From the NCBI GenBank assembly GCA_023247085.1, contig JAHFHC010000003.1, forward strand, positions 3,407 to 67,406: a DNA stretch of 64,000 bases, read 5' to 3'. This document shows, piece after piece, positions 17,682 to 27,382 of this stretch (its first letter is position 1; every line of letters starts with the position of its first letter). This stretch comes from Candidatus Micrarchaeota archaeon. Lineage in GTDB: Archaea; Micrarchaeota; Micrarchaeia; Norongarragalinales; UBA8480. The position numbers were made by a program, and so were the translations under genes. Under the pieces are notes generated by a model. That model was not told where the DNA came from. It did not search any database and was given only the letters and a program-made list of their open reading frames with translations.

Positions 17682-18155
17682 ATGGTTTCAAAAATTTCAA
17701 GGTTATCTGCAATTAGAAAAGCAATCCGCTGGACTAGAAATGGAGTTGACTGGCATTTTCACTTATTATCCCCTGGCTGTTTGTATAACTCAACTCGCGA
17801 GCATGAATTGTTCCTAGAGTCGAAGTTTGGGGCATTTGTTGCGCGCTCTTGGCGCTCGTTGGTAACAATTGCAAAACATTTGCTTCATTTATTAGAAAAA
17901 CGAAATGTGAAACGAGTTTCTGCTTCTTCTGCACTTGGAATAGGGAAAGTTTTACTTCAAGCAAAGCATTTGAATGACAAGAAAATCCGCTGGCACCACC
18001 ATTTGCTTTACCCACATTGTGTGCTGAACAAAAAGCGCGGCAAATGGGCTATTATTTTTGAAGACCCGCTGAACAACAAAGTTACTGAATTATTTTACTC
18101 CAGTTATCCCGGCAAAGATTTGAATAAATTAGAGTTACTTTTTTACAAGCAATAA
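17682..18155 (+). CDS. Hypothetical protein with internal duplication of a W-H-x-H-L-L-x-P-x-C motif
   Basis: IRWTRNGVDWHFHLLSPGCLYN and IRWHHHLLYPHCVLN are two copies of one module with conserved His/Cys positions. Confidence 0.3.
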   Translation: MVSKISRLSAIRKAIRWTRNGVDWHFHLLSPGCLYNSTREHELFLESKFGAFVARSWRSLVTIAKHLLHLLEKRNVKRVSASSALGIGKVLLQAKHLNDKKIRWHHHLLYPHCVLNKKRGKWAIIFEDPLNNKVTELFYSSYPGKDLNKLELLFYKQ

Positions 18156-18167
18156 TTTTAGTATTAG

Positions 18168-18923
18168 CTAATGCACGGGGCAACTGTTTCTCTTTTCAAT
18201 TGTGAATATGTTTGTTTGTCCAGTTAGCCCGTTGTAAAATGTGTATTTTCCAGCCAAAGTCGTTCCAGTTTTTAGTATTAGTTTAACGAATTCATTTACT
18301 TGCATGCCTGCAATGACGCTTGTTGTTGTTGGCAACGCTGGCATTTTTGGGTCTATAATATCGAGCATTTCTCCTACGCACGAGTATTTTTTCCATAGCA
18401 AACCATAGTCTTGTTTTGACAATCCACATTCGAGACAAGCGGCTGGTGCTTGCACTACTTGCAATTTACCGAGAAACCCGCTTGTGCCGCCGTCAATTAA
18501 GATGACTTTGCCATAACAATTTGCATTAACGTGCAGCCGCGCCCCTAAATTATCTAGACAGCCGAATACAGCATCAAAACCAGAGAAAAATTTATCGTCA
18601 AGTGCCTCAACGTTTTTTATAATTGGGGTTACAACCGCCGCTGGATTGAGTTTTTTAGCTGCGAGACTGAGCGCTTCGGCTTTTAGTGCCTTGTTTTCTG
18701 CATCGTTTTGTGTAAATAACAGGCAGCGGTTTAAATTTGCTTTGACAACTGTGTCGAAGTCAATAACAGTAAGCTGGCAAACGCCTAGTTGCAGCAAATT
18801 CTTAGTCACTTCATTGCCTAATGCGCCAGCGCCGACAATACAAACCTTGGCACTCGCGATTTTTTCTTGATTCCAACCCGCAACGCGCTTTTGCCGATCA
18901 AACTGGTCATCATCTACATTCAT
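18168..18923 (-). CDS. E1-like ubiquitin-activating enzyme (ThiF/MoeB/UBA family)
   Basis: KVCIVGAGALGNEVTKNLLQLGVCQLTVIDFDTVVKANLNRCLLF is the Rossmann ATP-binding E1 signature. A CxxC pair (CLECG) follows. Length is 251 aa. Confidence 0.7.
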   Translation of the reverse strand: MNVDDDQFDRQKRVAGWNQEKIASAKVCIVGAGALGNEVTKNLLQLGVCQLTVIDFDTVVKANLNRCLLFTQNDAENKALKAEALSLAAKKLNPAAVVTPIIKNVEALDDKFFSGFDAVFGCLDNLGARLHVNANCYGKVILIDGGTSGFLGKLQVVQAPAACLECGLSKQDYGLLWKKYSCVGEMLDIIDPKMPALPTTTSVIAGMQVNEFVKLILKTGTTLAGKYTFYNGLTGQTNIFTIEKRNSCPVH

Positions 18924-18947
18924 GTTAAACGATTTAATGCAGTAAAG

Positions 18948-20099
18948 TTAAAAATCCGTCAACTTGCGCTGTGAAAGTACTCTGCTTGTTGTGGTGTATT
19001 GTTCAATTGGTCGCTTTAATCGCTTTTTTAGTTCCTCTATTAATTCATCGCGCGTTTCAAACGTCCTTGGCTTATTCTTTAGCGCAGCGCGGCAATTTTC
19101 ACGAACCTGGAAAACGCCCAAGGGTACTTGGTATTCGTCGCTTATTTCACGTAGAACGATTGTTCGCGCTTGGCGTTGTATTTTGTACAGGTGTTCAACG
19201 CAGGCTATTCTTCCAGCGTAGTACCCGCCGCCTTCTCGCGTTGCATAGGTTGTTCTTCCTTCAAAGGGTTCGTACTCGTACTCCATTTGTTTTGCTTTAG
19301 CTGCCCAGAAGCTGTTTGGTTCCCATGATTCAAATTGTTCAAATTCCCAAGTGCCGGGAATAAATACGATTTCAAAGTGGTTGCCCATCCATGTGTTACT
19401 GTGAAGTTCGATGTCACTAATTGTCCGAAATTCGCGTACATCAGTTAATAGTTGTTTTGCAATTAAGTCGTCTGCGGCAGTTATTGACCAGCGCGTTGGT
19501 ACTAGTTTTTTTTCAATGCCGAGTGCGCCACTTGACAATGCTCTTTGTAAGTAATATGTGTCTCCAAAAAATTGAAACCCTTCGTGTACTGCGGTTGCCA
19601 CGGTTATTTTTTCTTGTACAAGTGAAATTACTTTTCGCGGGATTGACGGGTTATCTGCCAGGGTGAATTTTTCCATTTTGCCGCTCGCGCCCATTGGCGG
19701 CAAGTACGTGGAAAAATTAACTTGCTGGAATGGCTCCCTTTCAAAGAAAACCTCCATGTCAATTGGCTTTAGTGAAAGCGCAGTGTCTTGCAAATCAAGT
19801 GACATTCGGTTATTTGAATTTTTAACATTCAAAACAGACTCGCCACGCGCTAATGACAGTCGATGTTCAACTATTTTTTCCAAGCTAAGCCCATACCATT
19901 TTCCAGGCGAGTCGCTGTCGGTTATCTGCTCGCTTATGCCGACCATTGGGCCAGCGAATACGTTTGGGTAATTGTATTTGCCTATGAAAACGCTTGAAGG
20001 AGATTTGCCAAACACGTTCTTCGGAATACGCTTTGAAAACAACGGCTTCAAATTAGCTTCAATTTGTTTGTACAGTGGTGTTGAATTCAAGGTATTCAT
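18948..20099 (-). CDS. Conserved hypothetical protein (383 aa) downstream of E1
   Basis: Long ORF co-oriented with the E1, 24 nt downstream of it. I cannot assign a motif with confidence. Confidence 0.3.
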   Translation of the reverse strand: MNTLNSTPLYKQIEANLKPLFSKRIPKNVFGKSPSSVFIGKYNYPNVFAGPMVGISEQITDSDSPGKWYGLSLEKIVEHRLSLARGESVLNVKNSNNRMSLDLQDTALSLKPIDMEVFFEREPFQQVNFSTYLPPMGASGKMEKFTLADNPSIPRKVISLVQEKITVATAVHEGFQFFGDTYYLQRALSSGALGIEKKLVPTRWSITAADDLIAKQLLTDVREFRTISDIELHSNTWMGNHFEIVFIPGTWEFEQFESWEPNSFWAAKAKQMEYEYEPFEGRTTYATREGGGYYAGRIACVEHLYKIQRQARTIVLREISDEYQVPLGVFQVRENCRAALKNKPRTFETRDELIEELKKRLKRPIEQYTTTSRVLSQRKLTDF

Positions 20100-20329
20100 G
20101 CTATTGTGATTATTTTGTGCGCCTAGTTCTTTTTAATTTAAGTGAAACAACGCGGTTCACTCTGAAGCCCAAACCTTTTAGCCGCATTATGCGCGTCTTT
20201 TACGTGCCTCTTATATGGCTTTTACGAATCTTTTACATGTCACTTATAGTTAGTAGTGCCCAAAGTCGCAGTTGGCGCAAGCCTTTTAAAGGTCTTTTAT
20301 GTAATGTTTGACCCTTGAGTGTTTAAGAA

Positions 20330-21484
20330 ATGGAAGACGTTTTTATTGCAAAGGAAAAAATGCTTTCTACTTTAGGTTGGAACGAAAACCCCTTTGTAAA
20401 AGACTTGCGTTTAAGCGAAAAAGGCGAATTCCTTAAATATTACTGCCCGCTAGATGCGGCTAAGGTATTGGAGAAACTAGCGTTTGATGCTAAAGCTTGT
20501 CTTTTACTTGGGCCAAAGGGAGTTGGTAAAACTTCGGCACTTTACTACATTTGTTATTCGCTTCCAGAAACATTTGAAAAAGTAATGTTCAAGGAGCCGC
20601 CAGCTGACTTAAACGAATTAGCTGACCAGCTTGGGTTTAACCGCACAACCGGAATAGCATTTATCCCTTTTCTTTCACATAAGCGTGACGTGTCGCGCCA
20701 AGAGCTTTCTCGTTTTCTACGTGGAAAAACCAGCGAGAAGAAAATGGTTATGTTCATTGATGAAGCTCAACTTGGCCCAGAAATGTACATGGAATTCAAA
20801 TACTTGCTTGATGATGTTCCAAACTTGCGCATTGTATTCTCTGCACTTGACAAAAGCAAGTTTCCGGATTCGTTGCTTCATTTAATTGGTACAAGCAATG
20901 TGTTCAGTCGTGCTAAATTCACTTGTGATGAAATGACTGAGATAATTAGACACCGCATAGTGTCAGTTGGCGGAAAAAATTTACAGCCATTTGCAGATAA
21001 AGTTTTGAAAACCGTTTTATCTGAACAAAACTTGTTGTCTCCGCGGTACGTATTTGATGAGCTAAACACGCATCTCGCTAAACTGGCACTTGGCGAAGAA
21101 AAAACCGCACCATATGCAGATGACCTGCTTATTCAAAGTGCTATTCAACGTAGTCGCGAACAGCCGCAATTAACTGATTATAGTTTTACAACTAGTCATG
21201 CTCCGTGGTGGATGATGTTATCTCCCTCTCAAAAAGCAATTTTATCGCAATTGATAAGTGGAGAGGGTATGTCTTTATCTGATTTAATGACTCGAACCGG
21301 CTTAACGCAGAACACTGTGTTCAATGCATTGTACCAGTTGCGCGGCGACGATGATGCTGAAAAAGAACGTAAGCCAGAAGTCCCTTTTCCACTTGTAATG
21401 GCAAAACAGCAGTTTGTTGGAAAAAGAAAAAAAAACTTGTATTTTTTGAATAACAAAATTAAGAATTTATTAACGACGCATTGA
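20330..21484 (+). CDS. P-loop ATPase with C-terminal winged helix (Orc1/Cdc6-like or AAA_16-like)
   Basis: Walker A is LLGPKGVGKTSALYY and Walker B is VMFIDEAQL. C-terminal HTH is LSQLISGEGMSLSDLMTRTGLTQNTVFNALYQL. Confidence 0.4.
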   Translation: MEDVFIAKEKMLSTLGWNENPFVKDLRLSEKGEFLKYYCPLDAAKVLEKLAFDAKACLLLGPKGVGKTSALYYICYSLPETFEKVMFKEPPADLNELADQLGFNRTTGIAFIPFLSHKRDVSRQELSRFLRGKTSEKKMVMFIDEAQLGPEMYMEFKYLLDDVPNLRIVFSALDKSKFPDSLLHLIGTSNVFSRAKFTCDEMTEIIRHRIVSVGGKNLQPFADKVLKTVLSEQNLLSPRYVFDELNTHLAKLALGEEKTAPYADDLLIQSAIQRSREQPQLTDYSFTTSHAPWWMMLSPSQKAILSQLISGEGMSLSDLMTRTGLTQNTVFNALYQLRGDDDAEKERKPEVPFPLVMAKQQFVGKRKKNLYFLNNKIKNLLTTH

Positions 21485-21703
21485 GTGTGGAATTGTAGGG
21501 GGGATAATGAATGAAAAGTGGAAATTTAACATTTTTTGAATTGTTTGAAGTGTTTCGCAAAACACGTACAGCTATAAAGTTTGAAACAAGACAAGGTGAA
21601 ACTTTTGTCGGGGTGGACAAAAGCGGAACTTTGATGGTTTCAAGAAAATAATTTTTTAAGCAACGTATGCCGGAAATCAGGGGTGGTTTCTGCATTTGTG
21701 TGC

Positions 21704-21713
21704 ATATATATTT
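21704..21713 (+). promoter_or_regulatory. TATA-box-like element upstream of histone gene
   Basis: ATATATATTT lies ~20 nt before the ATG at 21727, consistent with a near-leaderless archaeal transcript. Confidence 0.3.
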
Positions 21714-21726
21714 AGGGGGGAAAAAT

Positions 21727-21954
21727 ATGGTGGGTATCGATAATGATAGGTTTTCGTTGTTCGACATGGATAATATCCTTCGAACAGCCGGTGCAGAGCG
21801 AATAGATGAGCGCGCTAGCAAGAAATTACGCGAATTACTAGAGGATTCAGCTTCAGATATAACTCTAAAAGCAAAGATACTTTCAAGGCATGCTGGACGC
21901 AACAACGTTACGCCTGAAGACATTCGGTTAGCCGCACAACAAATCAGGACATAG
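21727..21954 (+). CDS. Archaeal histone (HMf-type histone fold)
   Basis: LRTAGAERIDERASKKLRELLEDSASDITLKAKILSRHAGRNNVTPEDIRLAAQ is the archaeal histone fold. The 21667 start in the track is an upstream shadow; the real start is the ATG at 21727. Confidence 0.7.
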   Translation: MVGIDNDRFSLFDMDNILRTAGAERIDERASKKLRELLEDSASDITLKAKILSRHAGRNNVTPEDIRLAAQQIRT

Positions 21955-21959
21955 GCATT

Positions 21960-22223
21960 ATGAAAATAGAGAAAAAAGTTTGGCCTCAGTATTTCAATTT
22001 GATATTGAGCGGTGCAAAGAAGCTTGATATTAGGGTGGCTGATTTTGAAGCGAATATTGGCGATGTGCTGATATTACGCGAGTGGGATCCGGAGACAAAG
22101 CAGTATACTGGCCGAAGTTTAGAAAAGAAAATCACCTACGTAATACGCACAAAAAACCTAGATAAAATGTACAGGCAAGCGGATATTGAAAAGTATGGAT
22201 TTGTTGTAATGCAGTTTGAGTGA
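21960..22223 (+). CDS. ASCH/PUA-like small protein
   Basis: 87 aa: KKVWPQYFNLILSGAKKLDIRVADFEANIGDVLILREWD, which has the ASCH-like beta-barrel pattern. Confidence 0.3.
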   Translation: MKIEKKVWPQYFNLILSGAKKLDIRVADFEANIGDVLILREWDPETKQYTGRSLEKKITYVIRTKNLDKMYRQADIEKYGFVVMQFE

Positions 22224-22230
22224 TTAAGTA

Positions 22231-23670
22231 TTAGTCTAGCTTTACTTCTTCGCCTGAGAGTTGCTTGTGGATAATACCTGCGCATTTTAGTAGAAATTCA
22301 TTTAGCGATCTTTTTTCAACACTTGCGCCTGCTGCAACTTTGTGCCCGCCACCAGTGCTTTTGCCAAGGTCTTTGCATGCTATTCTAAGCATTTGGTTTA
22401 AATCTAATCCCTTTTCAATGAGTTCATTTGTTCCTCTAGCTGATATTTTTAACATTTCGTGATCATCTTCGTCAAGCGAAAGCGCGATTATGGGCTTAGT
22501 TGACTGAACTAAGTTCGCTAGTGTTGCGCCTGCAACTGTGCCAATTATACTGTCCTTCACTTGGCCGCGTAAATCTAGCAAGTAAAATTCGCCTGCGTCG
22601 CTTAGCTTATGTTTGGCAAGCGTCATTCCGCTGCGTAAGTTTTGTCTATGTGCTTGCATTATTTCCATTGCTTTTTTGCGGCTATCCGGATTTTTGAGGC
22701 AAGCCCCAACCCCGGTTTGTGCTTCGTTGTTTCTACCGCATGCATTCATAACCACTGAAAATTCATGGCTGTCAAAAAAGGGGGTGCCTGGTTGTTCGTT
22801 ATTGAATAAGTAAACGTCACCGATCATTTTGTCAACTGCTTTTTCCGCCATTCCGTTTGCCAAACAATGTTCGATTAATGCGCTTGAGAGCCGCTTGCGG
22901 TCGTCTTCTTGTAATTCATAATAAGAAACGTACTTGTCGTTTTGCTTGTATGGGATTTCATTTTCAGCTAAGAACTGCGCGCAGTTTTTGTCGTTGCCAG
23001 TTAAGCCCGGTAAAAATGGGTCACTTGCATAGCTTAGAAACCCAATTAAGCTTCGGCTACTTCTACCGAAAATGCGCAAGTCTTTTTTTACAGTTGTTAT
23101 TCCTGCGTCAACTGAGTCTTTCAAAATAAGTTTGTTTACTCCAATTAACCCCGCGCGGTCTTGCATGTCCCCCACTGTTGAAACAAGCGCAAGTTGTGAT
23201 AGCTCTGGAAATTCTCTGAAACAAAGATAGGATGTTCCACCGCCGCATGCTTCGTTGCCACCATCTATGCCAAAATCGTGCGGATTGACAATAGTTATGT
23301 TGCTGTCAGCTGGTCGTTGGTTAACTGGTGTTTCGGGCTCGTGGTGGTCGAGAATAATGATTTCTCTATCTGGCAACGCTTCTGCTAATTTGGAAGTGTA
23401 CCCTGCCCCAAGGTCACAAAAAACTATTTGCTTGAACGTAGTTTCTTTTAGTTTTTGCAAGTATTCTGGAGTAGTTTTCTTCCAGCATTGCATAGCTGGA
23501 GCAATTCCGTTACGGTACATTGCGCTGAAAACAATTGAACCAGCTGGTATCCCATCTGCGTCAAAATGGTGCACGATCACAGCATCGTCGAACTCACGTA
23601 TCCGCTTCCCTGCAACTATGCATGCTTTGAAAAAGCCAGTTTCGTCTCGTTGCTTTTCAATCTCAGTCAT
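22231..23670 (-). CDS. DHH-family phosphoesterase, RecJ/Cdc45/GAN-like
   Basis: DHH motifs VIVHHFDADGIPAGSIV and IILDHHEPE, plus a DHHA1-like C-terminal GGGH segment (GGGHKVAAGAS). Length is 479 aa. Confidence 0.6.
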   Translation of the reverse strand: MTEIEKQRDETGFFKACIVAGKRIREFDDAVIVHHFDADGIPAGSIVFSAMYRNGIAPAMQCWKKTTPEYLQKLKETTFKQIVFCDLGAGYTSKLAEALPDREIIILDHHEPETPVNQRPADSNITIVNPHDFGIDGGNEACGGGTSYLCFREFPELSQLALVSTVGDMQDRAGLIGVNKLILKDSVDAGITTVKKDLRIFGRSSRSLIGFLSYASDPFLPGLTGNDKNCAQFLAENEIPYKQNDKYVSYYELQEDDRKRLSSALIEHCLANGMAEKAVDKMIGDVYLFNNEQPGTPFFDSHEFSVVMNACGRNNEAQTGVGACLKNPDSRKKAMEIMQAHRQNLRSGMTLAKHKLSDAGEFYLLDLRGQVKDSIIGTVAGATLANLVQSTKPIIALSLDEDDHEMLKISARGTNELIEKGLDLNQMLRIACKDLGKSTGGGHKVAAGASVEKRSLNEFLLKCAGIIHKQLSGEEVKLD

Positions 23671-23728
23671 ATGAGTTGTTTTGAATCTATGTTAGTTTTA
23701 TATCTATTTCTATGCTTATCCCTTTATT

Positions 23729-24937
23729 ATGAAACAAAGCCCCCCAGAGAAACCGACGCGTAAGAAAGTAGTTGTGCTTCACACTGGCGGAACCATTTTC
23801 ATGTACCGAACTGAACGCGGTCTTGATACTCGTGAGCTAATTATTCCTGTAGATAAAAAAAATGACGTGTCTGACCATATAGATTTCACTGTTGAGGATC
23901 TATTTGGCAAAGGCGGAATTGACTCGTCAAAAATGACTTTAGCGCAGTCGCGCAAATTAGCAGAGCGTATTGTTGAGCTTCAAAACGATCCAACTGTGCA
24001 CGGGGTAGTTGTTACGCATGGCACAGATACAATGGCTGAAACAGCGCTTGAGCTTTCTTATGCATTGAAAAATTTACATAAGCCAGTTGTATTTACTGGC
24101 GCGCAAATTCCATCTTCTGAAAAAACTTCTGATGGCCCGCGTAATTTCTTTCGCTCTGTTTACTTAGCCGCACATGCTAACAAGGGATTCGCGCGAGTGG
24201 TTATTTGTTTTGGCTACAGGCGTGGAAGTAGCTCTCCCTCTGCTTCACCTAATTTAGTTTTAGACGCTAGAAACGCCGAAAAGTCACATATGACTGATCA
24301 AGCGGCCTTTCTGCATCCTGATTCAAAATCGCTTGGTAGCGTTTCTATTAACGGTGGTGTGAAAGTATTTGGAAACACGCCTGTGCCAACTGGCCCAACC
24401 ACGCTTCATTTTGGTTTTAGCAGTTTAGTAAAACGTGCAGTGATTCAACGACATTCAGCTAGCCTTCCTTGGATAGCTTCCGGGCTTGTTGTAGACACTT
24501 ATGGAAGCGGCAATGCACCGGACAGCGTGATAGCTGCAATGCGCAGGCGAGTTAAATTCTTTCCAATTGTTGCAGCGTCACAAGCTCGTGGAAACATCGA
24601 CATGACGGCATATGCTGCTGGCAGACCCGCGCTTGAAGCGGGGGTACTTCCATCTGGAGGATTAACTCCGGTTTCTGCATCTAAACGATTAGCCTATTTA
24701 GTTAGTCATAAGCGTGAAATAAGTAAATACGCTCGCAAGCGCAAAGTTCCTTATCGTGCGTTGTTAAACACTCTTTATTTATCTGGCGGCAAATTCAACT
24801 CAAAGAAGATAAAAGAAGAACACGCGCGTATTCTTAATGTGCCAATAATAGGCCAGGACTTGCTAGTCCAAATTCCTTTTCGCCAAGCGCTCAGGCACGC
24901 AGTTAGGGAACTTAAAGGATTTACTGAACCACATTAA
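23729..24937 (+). CDS. L-asparaginase (type I-like)
   Basis: VVVLHTGGTIFMY and VVTHGTDTMAETA are the asparaginase Thr active-site motifs. Confidence 0.65.
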   Translation: MKQSPPEKPTRKKVVVLHTGGTIFMYRTERGLDTRELIIPVDKKNDVSDHIDFTVEDLFGKGGIDSSKMTLAQSRKLAERIVELQNDPTVHGVVVTHGTDTMAETALELSYALKNLHKPVVFTGAQIPSSEKTSDGPRNFFRSVYLAAHANKGFARVVICFGYRRGSSSPSASPNLVLDARNAEKSHMTDQAAFLHPDSKSLGSVSINGGVKVFGNTPVPTGPTTLHFGFSSLVKRAVIQRHSASLPWIASGLVVDTYGSGNAPDSVIAAMRRRVKFFPIVAASQARGNIDMTAYAAGRPALEAGVLPSGGLTPVSASKRLAYLVSHKREISKYARKRKVPYRALLNTLYLSGGKFNSKKIKEEHARILNVPIIGQDLLVQIPFRQALRHAVRELKGFTEPH

Positions 24938-24961
24938 TTTGCGCGAACATTAGCATAGGTG

Positions 24962-26260
24962 CTACAATTGAACTTTTTCGCTTAAGTGCGGGACAATTGT
25001 CTTTACTCCCGTTGCGCGGTGAATTTGCTTTGCTAATCTAATCCCTTTTTCTCGCTCGCAGTGAACAACGAACACTTGCTTTAGCCCTTTAACGCTTTTA
25101 GCGAGTCGCACTAATTCAGGCGAGTCACTGTGTCCAGAAAACGGTGCAACTTCCACGCGGCAGCACACGTCTGCCATTTTTCCGCCAACTTCGAGCATAC
25201 GAACACCCTCTTTAAGTAAACGTCCCGGCGTGTCATTAGCTTGATAACCAACTAGAATAACCGTATTTTTTTCAACTGGTGCAAGTTTTTGGAAGTAGCC
25301 AACTGATGCGCCGCCTATAAGCATGCCGCTTGGTGCAACAATTATTGACTTACTAGTTTCATAAACTTCTTTTTTCGACCTAGTGGTTGGTTCCCTATAG
25401 AATTCGCTTTTGAACGGGTCGCTATCACTTGTAAGTATTTGTAGTTGCAATTCGCGTTTTAAGAAATTTGCATTGTGCCTGTGTATTTTTGTAATTTTTT
25501 TAACCATGCCATCAAGAAAAATAGGGCAAACTGGCAACGCTTTTGACTTCATGTAGCTTTCAAGCGTAAGCAATACTTCTTGCCCGCGGCCAATTGCAAA
25601 TGTGGGCACGAGTACTTTGCCATTTTTTTTCAGCGTTTGACTAACGTGATTGATAAACGTATTAATTGTCTTTTTAGTTGCTTGCCTTACCTCTCCGCCA
25701 TAAGTGCCTTCAATTATCAAAGTATCAGCTTCAAGGTCAGTTGTATCAGCACCATCTAGCAATCGAGTTGGCCGTAAGTTAACGTCTCCAGTGTACAACA
25801 CGCGGTGGTCGTTTGTGTCGAGAATAGGCATAGCGCTTCCAAGAATGTGGCCGGCGTCTCTTAATTCTATTCCTCCACTTGGCTTGCGATAATCAAGAAA
25901 CTTCATGTGGCCCAACGTTTTTTCAATACTGTGCTTGTTGAAAAAACGGTCTCCTTGTATCTTCAATGCATCTGCAAATAACACTTCTGCAATATCGCGC
26001 GAAGGTTTTGTAAGCAGCGTTTTTCCACTAAAACCGTTCTGATAAAGCGCTGGTAAGTAGCCAACGTGGTCTAAATGTGCGTGGCTGATGACAACTTGAT
26101 CAATTGAATTACTCTGGTGCTTTACGTCAAATAGCGGCGGGACAGGCGTTCGGCCTTCTAGCTTGATCCCGCAGTCTAGCATAGTAGTTTCATTTGATTC
26201 AATCACAAAGCAACTTCTGCCTACTTCACTTGCTGCACCGTAAAAAGTTATGCTGTCCAT
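24962..26260 (-). CDS. Metallo-beta-lactamase / beta-CASP family ribonuclease (aCPSF/RNase J-like)
   Basis: VVISHAHLDHVGYLP is the HxHxDH motif and there is a beta-CASP region. Length is 432 aa. Confidence 0.6.
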   Translation of the reverse strand: MDSITFYGAASEVGRSCFVIESNETTMLDCGIKLEGRTPVPPLFDVKHQSNSIDQVVISHAHLDHVGYLPALYQNGFSGKTLLTKPSRDIAEVLFADALKIQGDRFFNKHSIEKTLGHMKFLDYRKPSGGIELRDAGHILGSAMPILDTNDHRVLYTGDVNLRPTRLLDGADTTDLEADTLIIEGTYGGEVRQATKKTINTFINHVSQTLKKNGKVLVPTFAIGRGQEVLLTLESYMKSKALPVCPIFLDGMVKKITKIHRHNANFLKRELQLQILTSDSDPFKSEFYREPTTRSKKEVYETSKSIIVAPSGMLIGGASVGYFQKLAPVEKNTVILVGYQANDTPGRLLKEGVRMLEVGGKMADVCCRVEVAPFSGHSDSPELVRLAKSVKGLKQVFVVHCEREKGIRLAKQIHRATGVKTIVPHLSEKVQL

Positions 26261-26296
26261 TAACTTGATATACGCTTACTTGCCCTATTAATCTAT

Positions 26297-26914
26297 ATGG
26301 CAGAGGGCGAAGGACCTAAAATCGACCGCGACAAACACTTGATTCAACTTAAAGCCCTTCGCAAAATAATCGACAAGTACGCCGATGAAATAAATTCTTT
26401 TGAAGTTAAGACGATTCCCGAGCTAAAGGCATTTATCAATCCAAGCGATGCCGCTGTCAAAAAAGTAGTTGCTAAATTAAAAGAAGAGTTCGAACGCAAA
26501 AGTGGAAAACTTTATTCCATCGACTATAATACCACGCTTTGGCTTGCGGCTTTTCACTTTGTTTCCAGTTTAGACACAATTGAAATGGACTTGCCAGTTT
26601 CGTTTTGGTTTACCCCCTCTGATGTTATGGAACTCGGTGCAGCTGACGCTTTTGACCGCGCCATTTTTTTAGCTTCTCTAATGGCTGAACTCGGAGCACC
26701 TGCAAAAGTACACGTGCTTGAAACTGACGGAGGCATAAGGCACCCCGTAGTAATCGTAAATAGCGACAAGTGTTATTTGTTTGACGCTTACCCTTCCGCA
26801 AGCTTCTTAACAGGGCATACGCAAAACGAGGTACTAGCCAACTTTTCACTGGCAGGCAAGAGGTACACGCGCTCTTTGTTTGAATTTAGCCAAAACCACT
26901 ACGAAGAATTTTAA
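26297..26914 (+). CDS. Hypothetical protein (possible degenerate transglutaminase-like core)
   Basis: 205-aa ORF. GAADAFDRAIFLASLMAELG...HPVVIV...D resembles a transglutaminase-like core with Ala replacing the catalytic Cys. Confidence 0.25.
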   Translation: MAEGEGPKIDRDKHLIQLKALRKIIDKYADEINSFEVKTIPELKAFINPSDAAVKKVVAKLKEEFERKSGKLYSIDYNTTLWLAAFHFVSSLDTIEMDLPVSFWFTPSDVMELGAADAFDRAIFLASLMAELGAPAKVHVLETDGGIRHPVVIVNSDKCYLFDAYPSASFLTGHTQNEVLANFSLAGKRYTRSLFEFSQNHYEEF

Positions 26915-27012
26915 GTGCCCCCCAACCATAAGGGTTAAAAGCTGCTTTTGGCGCTATTAATACGCTAGTTTTCTAGTTTTATCAGAAAAAGGAGTTTGAT
27001 CGATAATTTAAA

Positions 27013-27228
27013 ATGCCTAAACCAGAAGTTTTCATCACTAAATACGAACAAGCACGCCTAGTTGGCTCACGAGCATTGCAACTCGCAATGGGTGCGCCAC
27101 CACTAGTTGACATTGACAAGTTGAAAAAACAATTCCCAGCAAAGTACTTCTCGCCAGTTGACCTTGCAAAGCTAGAATTTGAAGACGGCGTAATCCCAAT
27201 GCAAGTCATGCGCAAAACAGTTTTCTAG
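27013..27228 (+). CDS. rpoK: DNA-directed RNA polymerase subunit K (Rpo6/RPB6/omega)
   Basis: TKYEQARLVGSRALQLAMGAPPLVD is the RPB6/RpoK signature. Length is 71 aa. Confidence 0.7.
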   Translation: MPKPEVFITKYEQARLVGSRALQLAMGAPPLVDIDKLKKQFPAKYFSPVDLAKLEFEDGVIPMQVMRKTVF

Positions 27229-27382
27229 TTAAATTATTTGTTTTTTTATTTTTTAAATTATTTTTCCTTCTTTTTTTACTTTAATTTTTTTCGCTTTTCT
27301 GAACTTAATTTCCTTTATCTTTTTGTTCCTTTTTTTCGCCTTATTTCTTTAACAATGCGCCATCACACTTTCTTTTCTAATT

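Noticed and set aside
18964-19971. Several plus-strand ORFs (18964..19221, 18971..19300, 19421..19666, 19663..19971).
   Set aside because: Shadow frames of the 383-aa minus-strand gene 18948..20099.
22265-23674. Plus-strand ORFs opposite the DHH/RecJ-like gene.
   Set aside because: Antisense shadows of a gene with clear DHH motifs.
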